Assembly (NCBI GenBank): GCA_020632155.1
Contig: JACKGE010000001.1
Span: forward strand, 156,011-220,010
DNA length: 64,000 nucleotides
Source: Candidatus Nomurabacteria bacterium
GTDB taxonomy: Bacteria > Patescibacteriota > Minisyncoccia > Phycocordibacterales > UBA918
Direction of reading: 5' to 3'
Shown here: piece by piece, positions 27,284-36,611 of the stretch
Numbering within the stretch: the stretch's first letter is position 1
Layout of the letters: every line of letters begins with the position of its first letter
Made by a program: the position numbers and the translations under genes
The notes under the pieces: model-generated
Databases searched by the model: none
The model's input: the letters and a program-made list of their open reading frames with translations, nothing else
What the model was told of the DNA's origin: nothing

Positions 27284-27532
27284 ATGACAACTAGGATTGG
27301 GGGCGGGGTGGTGCACAAAGTGCCGGGGGATATGCGGCAGGCGTTGACTGCTTCAACGAAAGTGAGTGAGGCATGGAATAGCTTAACGCCGCTGGCGCGG
27401 AACGAATGGATATGCTGGACCATCTCGGTCAAAAAAGCTGAGACGAGGGCGGACCATATACGACGCCTATGCCACGATATCACCCATGGGAAACGTCGCC
27501 CGTGTTGTTGGCCTGGGTGCCCGCACCGCTGA
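27284..27532 (+). CDS. YdeI/OmpD-associated (OmdA) family protein; GC-rich
   Basis: ARNEWICWTISVKKAETRADHIRRL matches the YdeI/OmdA C-terminal signature (…EYLRWI.EAKKPETR.KRI…). Confidence 0.55.
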   Translation: MTTRIGGGVVHKVPGDMRQALTASTKVSEAWNSLTPLARNEWICWTISVKKAETRADHIRRLCHDITHGKRRPCCWPGCPHR

Positions 27533-27619
27533 CATTGACCGCGGGCATAAATACAGGCATACTACTGCCGCAATTTGGCGCAAACGAAAAAAGCGCCATT
27601 TTATTTTCTACCACCAACT

Positions 27620-29401
27620 ATGAGTCAAGAAATTCGTAACATTGCAATTATTGCCCACGTGGACCACGGCAAGACCACCTTAACTGACGGTCTGATGGAA
27701 TTTACCGGTGCGCGCGAGGGAGATGCGTCGATGGACAACAACGCCCTTGAGCAAGAGCGCGGCATTACCATTTACGCCAAAAACACCTCAGTGGAATATA
27801 AAGGTACCAAAATAAATATCGTTGATACCCCTGGGCACGCCGACTTTGGTTCTGAGGTGGAGCGCGTACTGCGCAGTATCGACTGCGTACTTCTGGTTGT
27901 CGACGCGCAGGAAGGGCCAATGCCGCAGACGCGCTTTGTACTTAAAAAATCGCTTGAGCTCGGACATCGTCCGATCGTGGTCATCAATAAGATAGACAAA
28001 CCAGCAGCTGACCCAGCGCGCTGTGAAGAACAGGTGCTTGAACTCTTTTGGGAACTTGGCGCTACCGATGAGCAGAGTGAATTTCCGGTGGTGTACGCCG
28101 TTGGCCGCGACAAGGTCGCTAAGCGAAAGCTCGACGAGGAGATGATCGACCTCGCACCGATTCTTGACCTTGTACTTGAACACGTACCGGCTGCAAAGGC
28201 GTATAGTGAAGGGGAAGACCTACGCGCGCAGGTGTTTAACCTCGGCTACGACAACTTCCTTGGCCGCCTTGCGGTGGCGCGTATCTATGAGGGGAAGGTA
28301 AACAAAGGCCAGACGGTTACCATCAAACACAAAGGTGAGCAGACCTACACCGGAAAGATAGTAAAACTATCCGGCTACCACGGCGTGGCACATACTGAGG
28401 TGTCTGAGGCTTTTGCCGGTGACATTGTGCTCATTGCCGGACTCTCTGAGATAAATATCGGTGACACCATTACCGACAACGAAGCGGCGGCGCCACTACC
28501 GGCCATTAATGTTGACGAACCCACCGTAGCCATGACCTTCCTTGTGAATTCATCACCATTTGCCGGACGCGAAGGGAAGTATGTAACGGGGCGGCAGATT
28601 GGTGAGCGTTTGGATAAAGAGCTGGAGATAAACGTGGGTCTTCAGGTTGAGTCACGAGGTGACGCGTATGAAGTACGCGGCCGCGGTGAGATGCACATTG
28701 CTATCTTGCTCGAAAACATGCGCCGTGAGGGATACGAGCTTTCAGTCTCGCAGCCACAGGTCATTATTAAAGAAGAAGAGGGGCAGAAGCTTGAGCCGTT
28801 TGAGGAGGTGACCATCGACATTCCAAGCGAGTACCAAGGAGCGGTCATCGAACGCCTTGGCACCCGTGGCTTTATCATGCAGAACATGCTCCCTCATGAG
28901 AATCAGGTGCGTCTTTTATTTGAAGGACCAACGCGCGGTCTCCTTGGCTACAAGAACCAATTTATTATTGATACTAAAGGGGAGGGTATTCTCGCTTCAC
29001 GTTTTATTGAGTTTCGACCATACGCCGGTGAGATAAAGAAACGGCAGGTAGGTAGCATGACCAGTATGGCAACCGGTAAGGCGCTTGGCTTTGCTTTGGC
29101 GGGCCTTCAAGAACGCGGTGAACTCTACATTGGAGCTGGTACAGAAGTGTACGAAGGTATGGTGGTTGGTAATACCAACAAAGGTGAGGAGATGACCGTC
29201 AACCCAACCAAAGGCAAGCAGCTCACCAACATGCGCGCCTCCGGTTCAGATGAGAATATTCAACTAACGCCACACCGGCCACTGACTATCGAGATCGGTC
29301 TTGAAATCATGCAAGAGGATGAATACCTTGAAGTGTGCCCGGTGAGCGTGCGCCTGCGAAAACAAAAACTAAAAGAAGGGGAGCGAAAGCGACATTTATA
29401 G
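27620..29401 (+). CDS. typA: Translational GTPase TypA/BipA
   Basis: [19 protein letters not shown]…DTPGHADF…NKIDK; start chosen at MSQEIRN (the ORF track starts at 27575). Confidence 0.9.
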   Translation: MSQEIRNIAIIAHVDHGKTTLTDGLMEFTGAREGDASMDNNALEQERGITIYAKNTSVEYKGTKINIVDTPGHADFGSEVERVLRSIDCVLLVVDAQEGPMPQTRFVLKKSLELGHRPIVVINKIDKPAADPARCEEQVLELFWELGATDEQSEFPVVYAVGRDKVAKRKLDEEMIDLAPILDLVLEHVPAAKAYSEGEDLRAQVFNLGYDNFLGRLAVARIYEGKVNKGQTVTIKHKGEQTYTGKIVKLSGYHGVAHTEVSEAFAGDIVLIAGLSEINIGDTITDNEAAAPLPAINVDEPTVAMTFLVNSSPFAGREGKYVTGRQIGERLDKELEINVGLQVESRGDAYEVRGRGEMHIAILLENMRREGYELSVSQPQVIIKEEEGQKLEPFEEVTIDIPSEYQGAVIERLGTRGFIMQNMLPHENQVRLLFEGPTRGLLGYKNQFIIDTKGEGILASRFIEFRPYAGEIKKRQVGSMTSMATGKALGFALAGLQERGELYIGAGTEVYEGMVVGNTNKGEEMTVNPTKGKQLTNMRASGSDENIQLTPHRPLTIEIGLEIMQEDEYLEVCPVSVRLRKQKLKEGERKRHL

Positions 29402-29403
29402 GT

Positions 29404-30453
29404 CTATCGCCCTTGGCCGTAGAGGTCTTTGAGCTTCGAGACGTGCTCTTCGTAAGTAGTACTGCAGTGGAAACCGCCGCGTTCATCATGGAAATAGAAC
29501 AAACAGTCAGTGGCCTTTGGATTGAGCGCCGCTACAATGGCCTCAACTGATGGGCTGGCTATCGGTGACGGTGGGAGACCAGCGTTTTGGTACGTATTAA
29601 ACGGCGAGTCGATGTACTTATCGTCCGGTACCACGAGCGGCCACCAGCTGCCACCTTGAGTGTCACTCTTGGCGTACTGAAGAGTAGCATCAAGCTGCAA
29701 GTTCATACCGATAAAGAGGCGGCTCCAGATGACGCCAGCAATCTCGCGCATATCTTCAAAACTGTACGCTTCGCGCTCGAGAAGAGATGCAATGGTAAGG
29801 GCATCGGTAAGGGGTACCACGCGGTCAACTTCGGTCGGATAGCGGTCAGCAACCTCAGACTTGAACTGTTCAAGTAGCCGCTCGGCAACAGCTTGCGGAC
29901 TGGCATCTTTATTAACAAGATAGTGACCGGGGAAATACTTTCCGTCACGAAGGGGCGGTGTTGACCCAGCAATAAGTGACAGGAACTGTTCTCGCTCAGC
30001 CCTATCCCAGCGCAAAATATCTCCAAAATTGTCCGCGACTTGCTCGCGGCGTTCACCCGGCTCTATGACCAATACGCGCCCCGTTGGTGAAGCAAGGTTC
30101 TGGTACCAACCTTGCTGTGCGAGGCGGTGGACCAGTTTGCTAAGCCAACCGGCCGAGCGAGAGGTCTGTCCTACGCTTGCTAAGTCACGACCAAAGAACT
30201 GGTCCACCGCCGGATTTTCAACGATTCGCTGCGCAGCAGGGTCAACACCGAGCGGGAATGGTACGCGCTCATCACTGGCCGCTGTTTCCGATATTCGCTC
30301 ATCACGCATCGACCAAAAGAACAGTAGTTCTTTGGTCTTAAGTACACCTGCTGCTCCGAGCGCCAATACAATAAAACACCCCAGCGCTACCCGCACCAAT
30401 ATACGAGTGCGCTTGCTGCTGTTGATGAGAGGTTTAGAGTGGCGCTTTTTCAT
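29404..30453 (-). CDS. mltG: Endolytic murein transglycosylase MltG/YceG family
   Basis: YceG-like C-terminal motifs (…SPFNTYQNAGLPPSPIASP…); N-terminal TM anchor; start chosen at MKKRHSK, where a TATAAT box overlaps the preceding ATG; the 500-aa ORF-track version overlaps csp on the opposite strand. Confidence 0.65.
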   Translation of the reverse strand: MKKRHSKPLINSSKRTRILVRVALGCFIVLALGAAGVLKTKELLFFWSMRDERISETAASDERVPFPLGVDPAAQRIVENPAVDQFFGRDLASVGQTSRSAGWLSKLVHRLAQQGWYQNLASPTGRVLVIEPGERREQVADNFGDILRWDRAEREQFLSLIAGSTPPLRDGKYFPGHYLVNKDASPQAVAERLLEQFKSEVADRYPTEVDRVVPLTDALTIASLLEREAYSFEDMREIAGVIWSRLFIGMNLQLDATLQYAKSDTQGGSWWPLVVPDDKYIDSPFNTYQNAGLPPSPIASPSVEAIVAALNPKATDCLFYFHDERGGFHCSTTYEEHVSKLKDLYGQGR

Positions 30454-30607
30454 CGCTGCCATTATAGCGCATAAGCCCCATTTCACTTGTATTTTAAACC
30501 GTTTATGCTTTAATGACAGCAACAAAGCAGTTCTCCTCTTGAGGTTACTCTCAAAAAAGAAGTAGCGGAGTAGTAGAAGGTTTTGTGTTAACAAATAATA
30601 GAAAGAG

Positions 30608-30808
30608 ATGACAGGAACAATTGCTCGTCTCACTGATCGTGGTTTTGGTTTCATCAAGCCAAGCGAAGGTGAGAAGGACGTTTTCTTCCACGCTCGCAGC
30701 CTCGCTGAAGGTCTCATGTATGATGACCTTAAGGAGGGTGACGCAGTGACATTCGAAATGGAAGAAGGTCCAAAGGGCCCAGCCGCTGTGAACGTACAGC
30801 GCGCGTAA
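30608..30808 (+). CDS. cspA: Cold-shock protein (CspA family)
   Basis: GTIARLTDRGFGFIKPSEGEKDVFFHARSL, RNP1/RNP2-like motifs. Confidence 0.9.
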   Translation: MTGTIARLTDRGFGFIKPSEGEKDVFFHARSLAEGLMYDDLKEGDAVTFEMEEGPKGPAAVNVQRA

Positions 30809-30817
30809 GGGACGTAA

Positions 30818-30850
30818 GAAAGGCCGGAAGCTACGCTTCCGGCCTTTCTT
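30818..30850 (+). terminator. Terminator after csp
   Basis: aaaggccggaagc tac gcttccggccttt plus ctt. Confidence 0.75.
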
Positions 30851-30908
30851 ATTACCCACATCCAAACGCTCGTGTACACATTACGAGCCAGTAAGCGCGG
30901 TATCATGA

Positions 30909-31679
30909 GTGCATACCCCTATGCCGGCACCGGTACCAAAAGAAGATCAACCTAACTTCATCATCCGACACAAACGGTTGATTATTTTAGTATTACTTAT
31001 CACCGGCTTTCTCTTTGGCGGTAACTATTATTTGACTCGGAGCACGGAAAAGTCTCCACGCAGTACCGCCAGCGTGCTTGATTCACTTGAAGACAGTACG
31101 GTTGATGAAAACGGTCCAATAGCAACCGTAAACGGTGTTGCTATATCTCGCGCTGATTACCAAAAAACCCTCAAAAAGTTGACTGGGCAGCTGTCACGAG
31201 ATGGGTACGACCTTTCTAATACAAAGATCGTGGCGCAAGTACGCCAACAGGCCATCGCAACACTCGTAAACACAGAACTGATTGTGCAAGACGCGCGCGA
31301 ACATGGCCGCAGTGTCAGTAGTGCTGAGCTAACAGCTGCCTATGGTGACGTCCTTGAAGAGATGGGCAGTGAGGAGGTGCTCTTTCTTACCCTACAAGAC
31401 GCTGGCAGTAACGAAAAAGAGTTGCGCGCTGAGCTTGAACGGGAATTGTTGGTTAAGAAACATCTGGAAGCTATGACCGACTACAAATCTATTACCGTGA
31501 GCGAAGAGGAGATACGAGCCTACTTTGATGTCCTCATCATAAACAATACCGACTTGGCCTCATATGAGGCGGAAAAACCGGAGCTACGCGCCAAACTCCT
31601 TGCTGACAAACGCCAACAGGCGGTTAGTGACTTTATCCAAACCCTCCGCTCTGAGGCCGAGGTAGAGATACATATATAG
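30909..31679 (+). CDS. SurA N-terminal-domain-like periplasmic chaperone (membrane-anchored, no PPIase domain recognised)
   Basis: N-terminal TM plus IATVNGVAISRADYQKTL… typical of the SurA/PrsA N-terminal domain. Confidence 0.45.
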   Translation: MHTPMPAPVPKEDQPNFIIRHKRLIILVLLITGFLFGGNYYLTRSTEKSPRSTASVLDSLEDSTVDENGPIATVNGVAISRADYQKTLKKLTGQLSRDGYDLSNTKIVAQVRQQAIATLVNTELIVQDAREHGRSVSSAELTAAYGDVLEEMGSEEVLFLTLQDAGSNEKELRAELERELLVKKHLEAMTDYKSITVSEEEIRAYFDVLIINNTDLASYEAEKPELRAKLLADKRQQAVSDFIQTLRSEAEVEIHI

Positions 31680-31692
31680 GCAACGCCACTAT

Positions 31693-32616
31693 TTACGACT
31701 TTCGGCTGTGAAATTTCTTATGCACTTCGCGTAAGTGTTTGTCGGTGACGTGGGTATAGACCTGCGTGGTGGCAATGTTAGCGTGACCTAAAAGGGCCTG
31801 TACACTGCGCAGGTCAGCGCCGTTTTGCAAAAGATCGGTAGCGAAGCTGTGACGAATGACGTGCGGCGTCACTTTGCGGGTAATGCCGGCTTTGATCGCG
31901 TACGACTTAAGGAGGCGCTGTACGGCGCGCGGCGAAAGACGTAAGTCTTTCGCCGCTTTTGCATTCTTGCCGTACTGCACAAACATCGCTTCGTCCATAT
32001 CCTTGCGGGCTTTTAGATAGGAAGTCAAAGCATTGCGGGCTTCGTCGGAGAGAAAGACCACGCGGATCTTGTCACCCTTACCGCGCACTGAGAACTCATC
32101 GCGCGTTAAGTCCACATCATCGATAGAGAGATTGCACAGCTCTGAGATACGCAGGCCCGTAGAAAACAGCAGTTCCAAAATGGCCTTGTCACGCTTTCCC
32201 GTAAGCGTTGCAGTATCAGGAGCATTCATAAGCCGCGTTAGCTCAGCTGAAGAAATAAGGTCAAGTGAACGCTCCGGCACTTTAGCGAGTTCAATGCGTT
32301 CCGGTGAAAGCGATTCCACCCCACGCTTACGCAGGTACTTAAGGAAGGCGCGCAGCGCAATCAGGTAATAGTTCTGCGTCCGACGCTTCATGGGCTGCGT
32401 TTGTCGGCCCTGCTTCGTACCTGGTTGGCGATTTAGCCACAGGCGGAACTCGCGCACCTGTTCTTCGGTCAGTTTCTTGGGGTCATCAACTTTGGCGAAT
32501 TGAAAAAAACGTGTGAGGTAGTGGTCATAGTTTTCAACCGTTTTCACACTTCGACCACGCTCGATTTCAAGGTATTCCAAAAATTGACGTTGTAATTCAG
32601 ACAATCTCATCCCCAC
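31693..32616 (-). CDS. xerC: Tyrosine recombinase XerC/XerD
   Basis: C-terminal catalytic box HVIRHSFATDLLQNGADLRSVQALLGHANIATTQVYTHV. Confidence 0.85.
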   Translation of the reverse strand: MGMRLSELQRQFLEYLEIERGRSVKTVENYDHYLTRFFQFAKVDDPKKLTEEQVREFRLWLNRQPGTKQGRQTQPMKRRTQNYYLIALRAFLKYLRKRGVESLSPERIELAKVPERSLDLISSAELTRLMNAPDTATLTGKRDKAILELLFSTGLRISELCNLSIDDVDLTRDEFSVRGKGDKIRVVFLSDEARNALTSYLKARKDMDEAMFVQYGKNAKAAKDLRLSPRAVQRLLKSYAIKAGITRKVTPHVIRHSFATDLLQNGADLRSVQALLGHANIATTQVYTHVTDKHLREVHKKFHSRKS

Positions 32617-32788
32617 TATTGTACCAAAAGGAAGGGTCGCACAATAATGTCATCCGTTGTTCGAAACCTTGAATTTTTGGTAAAGTATGCTATAGTCTAC
32701 GGAACCTTCGCAGGTTATCAGCCGGTCTATGCATATGTTTTTATACTAAACATGTATCTAGTGTAGCGACCGACTAACATTACAACCA

Positions 32789-33055
32789 ATGCTAAGCAAA
32801 CGACAAAAGCAAAATGCGATGAAGGACGTGAAGCGCCACGATGGTGATACTGGTTCACCGGAAGCGCAAGTTGGACTTCTCACGCGGAAGATCAACGAGC
32901 TGGCCTCACACCTGAAAAAGAATCCTAAGGATTTTCACTCTCGCCGTGGTCTCCTCCAGATGGTGGCTGACCGCCGCAAGCACCTCAAGTATCTTGAGGG
33001 TAAGGATGAGAAGGCGCATGCTTCTCTTCTCAAGAAACTCGGCCTGAAAAAGTAA
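32789..33055 (+). CDS. rpsO: 30S ribosomal protein S15
   Basis: [38 protein letters not shown]…. Confidence 0.9.
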   Translation: MLSKRQKQNAMKDVKRHDGDTGSPEAQVGLLTRKINELASHLKKNPKDFHSRRGLLQMVADRRKHLKYLEGKDEKAHASLLKKLGLKK

Positions 33056-33081
33056 CCTCACCTCATCTGCTTTGTTGGCCT

Positions 33082-33136
33082 CAAGAAAAATACTGTTTAC
33101 TGAACAGCTAAGTTCACCTCGCAGTATTTTCCTTGG
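33082..33136 (+). promoter_or_regulatory. Long-range stem (caagaaaaatactg … cagtattttccttg) enclosing a 26-nt loop, 3' of rpsO; candidate processing or attenuation structure
   Basis: 14-15 bp complementarity with one mismatch. Confidence 0.4.
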
Positions 33137-33190
33137 TCCGCCGCGCAGCTAAGGCAATGTAACTCTTTCAGGTAGTTACGTCTTGTGGAT

Positions 33191-33224
33191 GTAAGCGGCG
33201 CCCAATGCATTGGGCGCCGCTTAC
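33191..33224. terminator. Perfect 34 bp palindrome gtaagcggcgcccaatgcattgggcgccgcttac (13 bp GC-rich stem) between rpsO and the NYN gene
   Basis: Exact inverted repeat; resembles the rpsO terminator and RNase III site upstream of pnp in other bacteria. Confidence 0.6.
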
Positions 33225-33302
33225 TCTAAGACGTGCTAAACTGGGAACCAGAGCTTTTAAAAACGCGAAGGGGACAATTTTTAATATTTCAAACCAACTA
33301 AT

Positions 33303-33878
33303 ATGTCAGTTATAAAACACCCGCACCAGCGGGTGGCTATACTCATCGATACACAAAACCTGTATCACAGTGCAAAGAATCTTTATAAATCAAAAGTTAA
33401 CTTTGGCGCCGTAGTAAAAGCAGCGCTTGGTAACCGCCAGCTTGTACGCGCCCTTGCCTACGTTGTAAATACCGAAGGCGGGGAAGAAGGTGCTTTTTTT
33501 GAAGCCCTTGAGAAACTCGGTATCGAAATCAAAACCAAAGATCTGCAAATATTCTTCGGTGGTGCTAAAAAAGCCGACTGGGACGTGGGGCTAGCGGTTG
33601 ACGCCATCAAGCTCGCGCAAAAGGTAGACGCTATTGTACTGGCTTCCGGTGACGGGGACTTTGTGCCGCTGGCAGAATACGTAAAGGGGCAGGGCTGCCA
33701 AGTCGAAGCCATCAGCTTTGGCCGTAGTTCATCGGCGCGTCTGCGTGAGACCGTTGATGACTTTATCGATATGGACGAACACCCACACGAATTTCTTATT
33801 AACTTCCGTGGTAAACGAAACGGGGGACTCAAGAAACAAATCCAAAAAGTGGTCGGCACCGATACCGATGACTTGTAA
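33303..33878 (+). CDS. NYN-domain (LabA-like PIN-fold) protein
   Basis: VAILIDTQNLYHS… ASGDGDFVPL signature of NYN/LabA domains. Confidence 0.7.
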   Translation: MSVIKHPHQRVAILIDTQNLYHSAKNLYKSKVNFGAVVKAALGNRQLVRALAYVVNTEGGEEGAFFEALEKLGIEIKTKDLQIFFGGAKKADWDVGLAVDAIKLAQKVDAIVLASGDGDFVPLAEYVKGQGCQVEAISFGRSSSARLRETVDDFIDMDEHPHEFLINFRGKRNGGLKKQIQKVVGTDTDDL

Positions 33879-33936
33879 AACAGCACTCCTTTTCGTATAG
33901 TGCAAAGTGGATTGATGAAACGGCATGGAGGCCGCA

Positions 33937-34134
33937 ATGGAAAGACATCATTATGACGACCCAGACGAGACTATCTGGGAAGAAATCGCTAACACTGCGA
34001 CAGTACTCTGGGCGGTGTGTGTGGTTGGTCTTGAGCTATTGGCAAAATGGGGAGCCAAAAAGCTTGAGGCGAATGTGTGGGGCAAGCGTCTTGCCGCGCG
34101 ACGTGCAGAAAAGAAAAATGAGTCTGGCACATGA
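33937..34134 (+). CDS. Small single-TM protein (65 aa; MERHHYDD…LWAVCVVGLELLAKW…)
   Basis: GGAGG Shine-Dalgarno 7 nt upstream; the ORF-track start at 33925 is less likely. Confidence 0.4.
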   Translation: MERHHYDDPDETIWEEIANTATVLWAVCVVGLELLAKWGAKKLEANVWGKRLAARRAEKKNESGT

Positions 34135-34289
34135 CTCGCCCAATCTTAATGGCAATACTGTGGGCAGCTGCTCTGGTCATCGTGCTCTTCTGCCTGATCA
34201 TCGAACGTCTCGTCTGGTTCACTTTGCGGGGATACGACGTCATCGTCGGAGCAAAGCCCCGCCGAGAACGTTACTGGATGTTTTGGTGA
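34131..34289 (+). CDS. Small single-TM protein (52 aa; MTRPILMAILWAAALVIVLFCLIIERLVWFTLRGYDVIVGAKPRRERYWMFW), translationally coupled by an ATGA overlap; not in the ORF track
   Basis: The ATG overlaps the upstream TGA; hydrophobic helix; followed by a strong terminator. Confidence 0.35.
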   Translation: MTRPILMAILWAAALVIVLFCLIIERLVWFTLRGYDVIVGAKPRRERYWMFW

Positions 34290-34292
34290 CAG

Positions 34293-34318
34293 TCGCAAAG
34301 CAAGCCGGCGCCAAGGGC
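34293..34318 (+). terminator. Terminator (ccggcgcc aa ggcgccgg ttttt)
   Basis: GC-rich hairpin plus T5. Confidence 0.75.
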
Positions 34319-34439
34319 GCCGGTTTTTCATATGTGTTATGCTCTTTGGTATTAAGGGAATCACGAGCGATACATATATCTAGATTTCAAGTTCCTTGAG
34401 ATCTATCATCTGTATCGCTCAAAGTAGCAAAACACATAC

Positions 34440-36578
34440 ATGCAATCAAAAACATTTTCGATGGAGCTAGCGGGCAAGACCCTGACCGCGGAATTTACTG
34501 ACCTTGCTGAACAAGCAAGTGGAAGCGTCATCTTACGCTATGGCGAAACAGCCATCTTGGTAACAGCCGTGATGGGTGAGCGTGAACAAGCAGGCCTGCC
34601 GTACTTTCCGTTGTCAGTTGAATATGAGGAAAAATTCTACGCCGCTGGCGCTATCTTGGGTAGCCGCTTCCAACGCCGCGAAGGGCGACCGAGCGACGGG
34701 GCTGTGCTCTCAGCGCGAATTGTCGACCGCACCATCAGGCCACTCTTTGAGCACCATATCCGGCACGAGGTGCAAGTGGTCATTACCGTTCTGGCGATGG
34801 GGGAGGATGACCCTGATGTACTTGGTGTCATCGGCGCGTCGCTTGCACTTTCCGTCTCAGACATACCATGGAATGGTCCAGTGGGTGTGGTACGTATTGG
34901 TCAAAAGGCCAGCACTGGTGAGATACTCATCAACCCAACCTATACTGAGCGCGAAGAAGATAAGCTCAACTTTGAAGTTCTTTCCTGCGGCAAAGACGGC
35001 AATATCAATATGATTGAGACCGGTGCCAATGAAGTAAGCGAGGATGACATCGTAGCGGTTCTTGAAGCCAGCACCAAAGTGCACCAAAAATTGGAGGCGT
35101 GGCAAAAGGAGATCGTTGCTGAAGTTGGAAAGACCAAGCGTGAGATCAAGCCGCGCGAACTACCGGATGAACTCCACACTATCTTTGAGAATGAATTTAA
35201 AACCCGTCTTAGCGAAACCCTTTTCTCAGGACGCAGTGGCAAAGACCATATCCACGCTCTTAAAGATGAATTCTTGGCAGCCCTCGAGGCGGCTGAAGCA
35301 GATATAAACCTTATGCATGCGGCTGAGTTCTATGAAGCGGAAGTCGACAAAGAACTTCATCGTGGGGTTATTAAAGACAAAAAACGTGCGGATGGTAGGG
35401 GAATGGACGAAGTGCGTGCGCTTCACGCTAAGGCTGGTGGTATTTCACCAGTCCTTCACGGTAGCGGTATCTTCTATCGCGGTGCTACACATATTTTCAC
35501 CGCTCTTACACTGGGCGGGCCAGAGGCGGCGCAGCTTCTCGATACCATTGAAGAGCGCGAGACCAAAAAACGCTTTATGCATCACTACAACTTCCCACCA
35601 TTTTCTGTTGGTGAAACGGGCCGCGTTGGAGGTTTCAATCGTCGCATGATTGGTCACGGCGCCCTCGCAGAAAAGGCGCTTGAGCCAGTTATTCCAGAGA
35701 AAGACGCCTTTCCCTATACCATTCGCTTGGTGTCAGAAACAATGTCCTCGAATGGTTCAAGTTCTATGGGTTCAGTCTGCGCGTCGAGTCTAGCCATGAT
35801 GGACGGCGGTGTACCTATTAAGCGACCGGTAGCTGGCATCGCCTCAGGAGTGATGATGGGTGGCGATCAGTACCAGCTCCTTACCGACATCCAAGGACCG
35901 GAAGATGAGCATGGTGATATGGACTTTAAGGTTGCCGGTACGCGCGAAGGTGTGACCGCTATACAGATGGACGTCAAAGTTGACGGTATACCGGTGCCGA
36001 TACTGGCTGAGGCCCTCGAAAAGGCTCGGCTCGCGCGCCTAAGCATCCTTGATGTCATAGAAGGTGAGCTAGCTACTGCCCGAGCGGACATTTCGCCGCG
36101 CGCGCCAAAGATTATTGCCCTTAAGATACAACCAGAGCAGATCGGCCTTGTTATTGGTAGTGGTGGTAAGACCATCAACAGTATTAAAGACGATACGGGT
36201 GTAGAGGAGATCACCATTGAAGAAGATGGTACCGTCTACATCACCGGCAAAGACGGTAGTGCTGACCGCGCCGCTGATAAGATTCGTGCGCTTACCAAAG
36301 TATATGAAGTCGGTGATAGAGCCATTGCAGTGGTTACACGACTAGCAACCTTTGGTGCCTTTGCGAAACTTGACGACTTTAACGAAGGTCTTATTCACAT
36401 TTCTGAAATTGCACCATTTAGGATCGAAACAGTTGAAGGTGTGCTCAAAGAAGGTGAGGAGGTATCGGTTGTCGTGAGTAAGGTTGAAGACGGCAAGATC
36501 GGCCTTTCCATAAAACAAGCTGATGCTGACTTTGCCACCCGCAAGGGACTCAAACCACCAGAAAAAAAAGAATCATAG
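34440..36578 (+). CDS. pnp: Polyribonucleotide nucleotidyltransferase (PNPase)
   Basis: Two RNase PH domains plus KH and S1 domains; canonical linkage to rpsO upstream. Confidence 0.9.
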   Translation: MQSKTFSMELAGKTLTAEFTDLAEQASGSVILRYGETAILVTAVMGEREQAGLPYFPLSVEYEEKFYAAGAILGSRFQRREGRPSDGAVLSARIVDRTIRPLFEHHIRHEVQVVITVLAMGEDDPDVLGVIGASLALSVSDIPWNGPVGVVRIGQKASTGEILINPTYTEREEDKLNFEVLSCGKDGNINMIETGANEVSEDDIVAVLEASTKVHQKLEAWQKEIVAEVGKTKREIKPRELPDELHTIFENEFKTRLSETLFSGRSGKDHIHALKDEFLAALEAAEADINLMHAAEFYEAEVDKELHRGVIKDKKRADGRGMDEVRALHAKAGGISPVLHGSGIFYRGATHIFTALTLGGPEAAQLLDTIEERETKKRFMHHYNFPPFSVGETGRVGGFNRRMIGHGALAEKALEPVIPEKDAFPYTIRLVSETMSSNGSSSMGSVCASSLAMMDGGVPIKRPVAGIASGVMMGGDQYQLLTDIQGPEDEHGDMDFKVAGTREGVTAIQMDVKVDGIPVPILAEALEKARLARLSILDVIEGELATARADISPRAPKIIALKIQPEQIGLVIGSGGKTINSIKDDTGVEEITIEEDGTVYITGKDGSADRAADKIRALTKVYEVGDRAIAVVTRLATFGAFAKLDDFNEGLIHISEIAPFRIETVEGVLKEGEEVSVVVSKVEDGKIGLSIKQADADFATRKGLKPPEKKES

Positions 36579-36611
36579 ACACAAACCCCGCGCACAGCGC
36601 GGGGTTTGTGT
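36579..36611 (+). terminator. Perfect 14 bp-stem hairpin immediately after the pnp stop (acacaaaccccgcg caca gcgcggggtttgtgt)
   Basis: Exact inverted repeat; no T-tract, so it may be an RNase III/processing site or a weak terminator. Confidence 0.5.

Noticed and set aside
30463-30906. N-terminal 148-aa extension of the mltG ORF (the 500-aa version in the ORF track)
   Set aside because: The extension is antisense to the well-supported csp gene and its terminator, and it has no membrane or functional motifs. A TATAAT box and a Met just upstream of the TM anchor give a sensible start at 30453.
34576-35649. Multiple 60-145-aa ORFs inside pnp on both strands, and 37069-37889 inside the Pro-rich membrane-protein gene
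   Set aside because: They are nested in genes with overwhelming homology support and have no independent signals.
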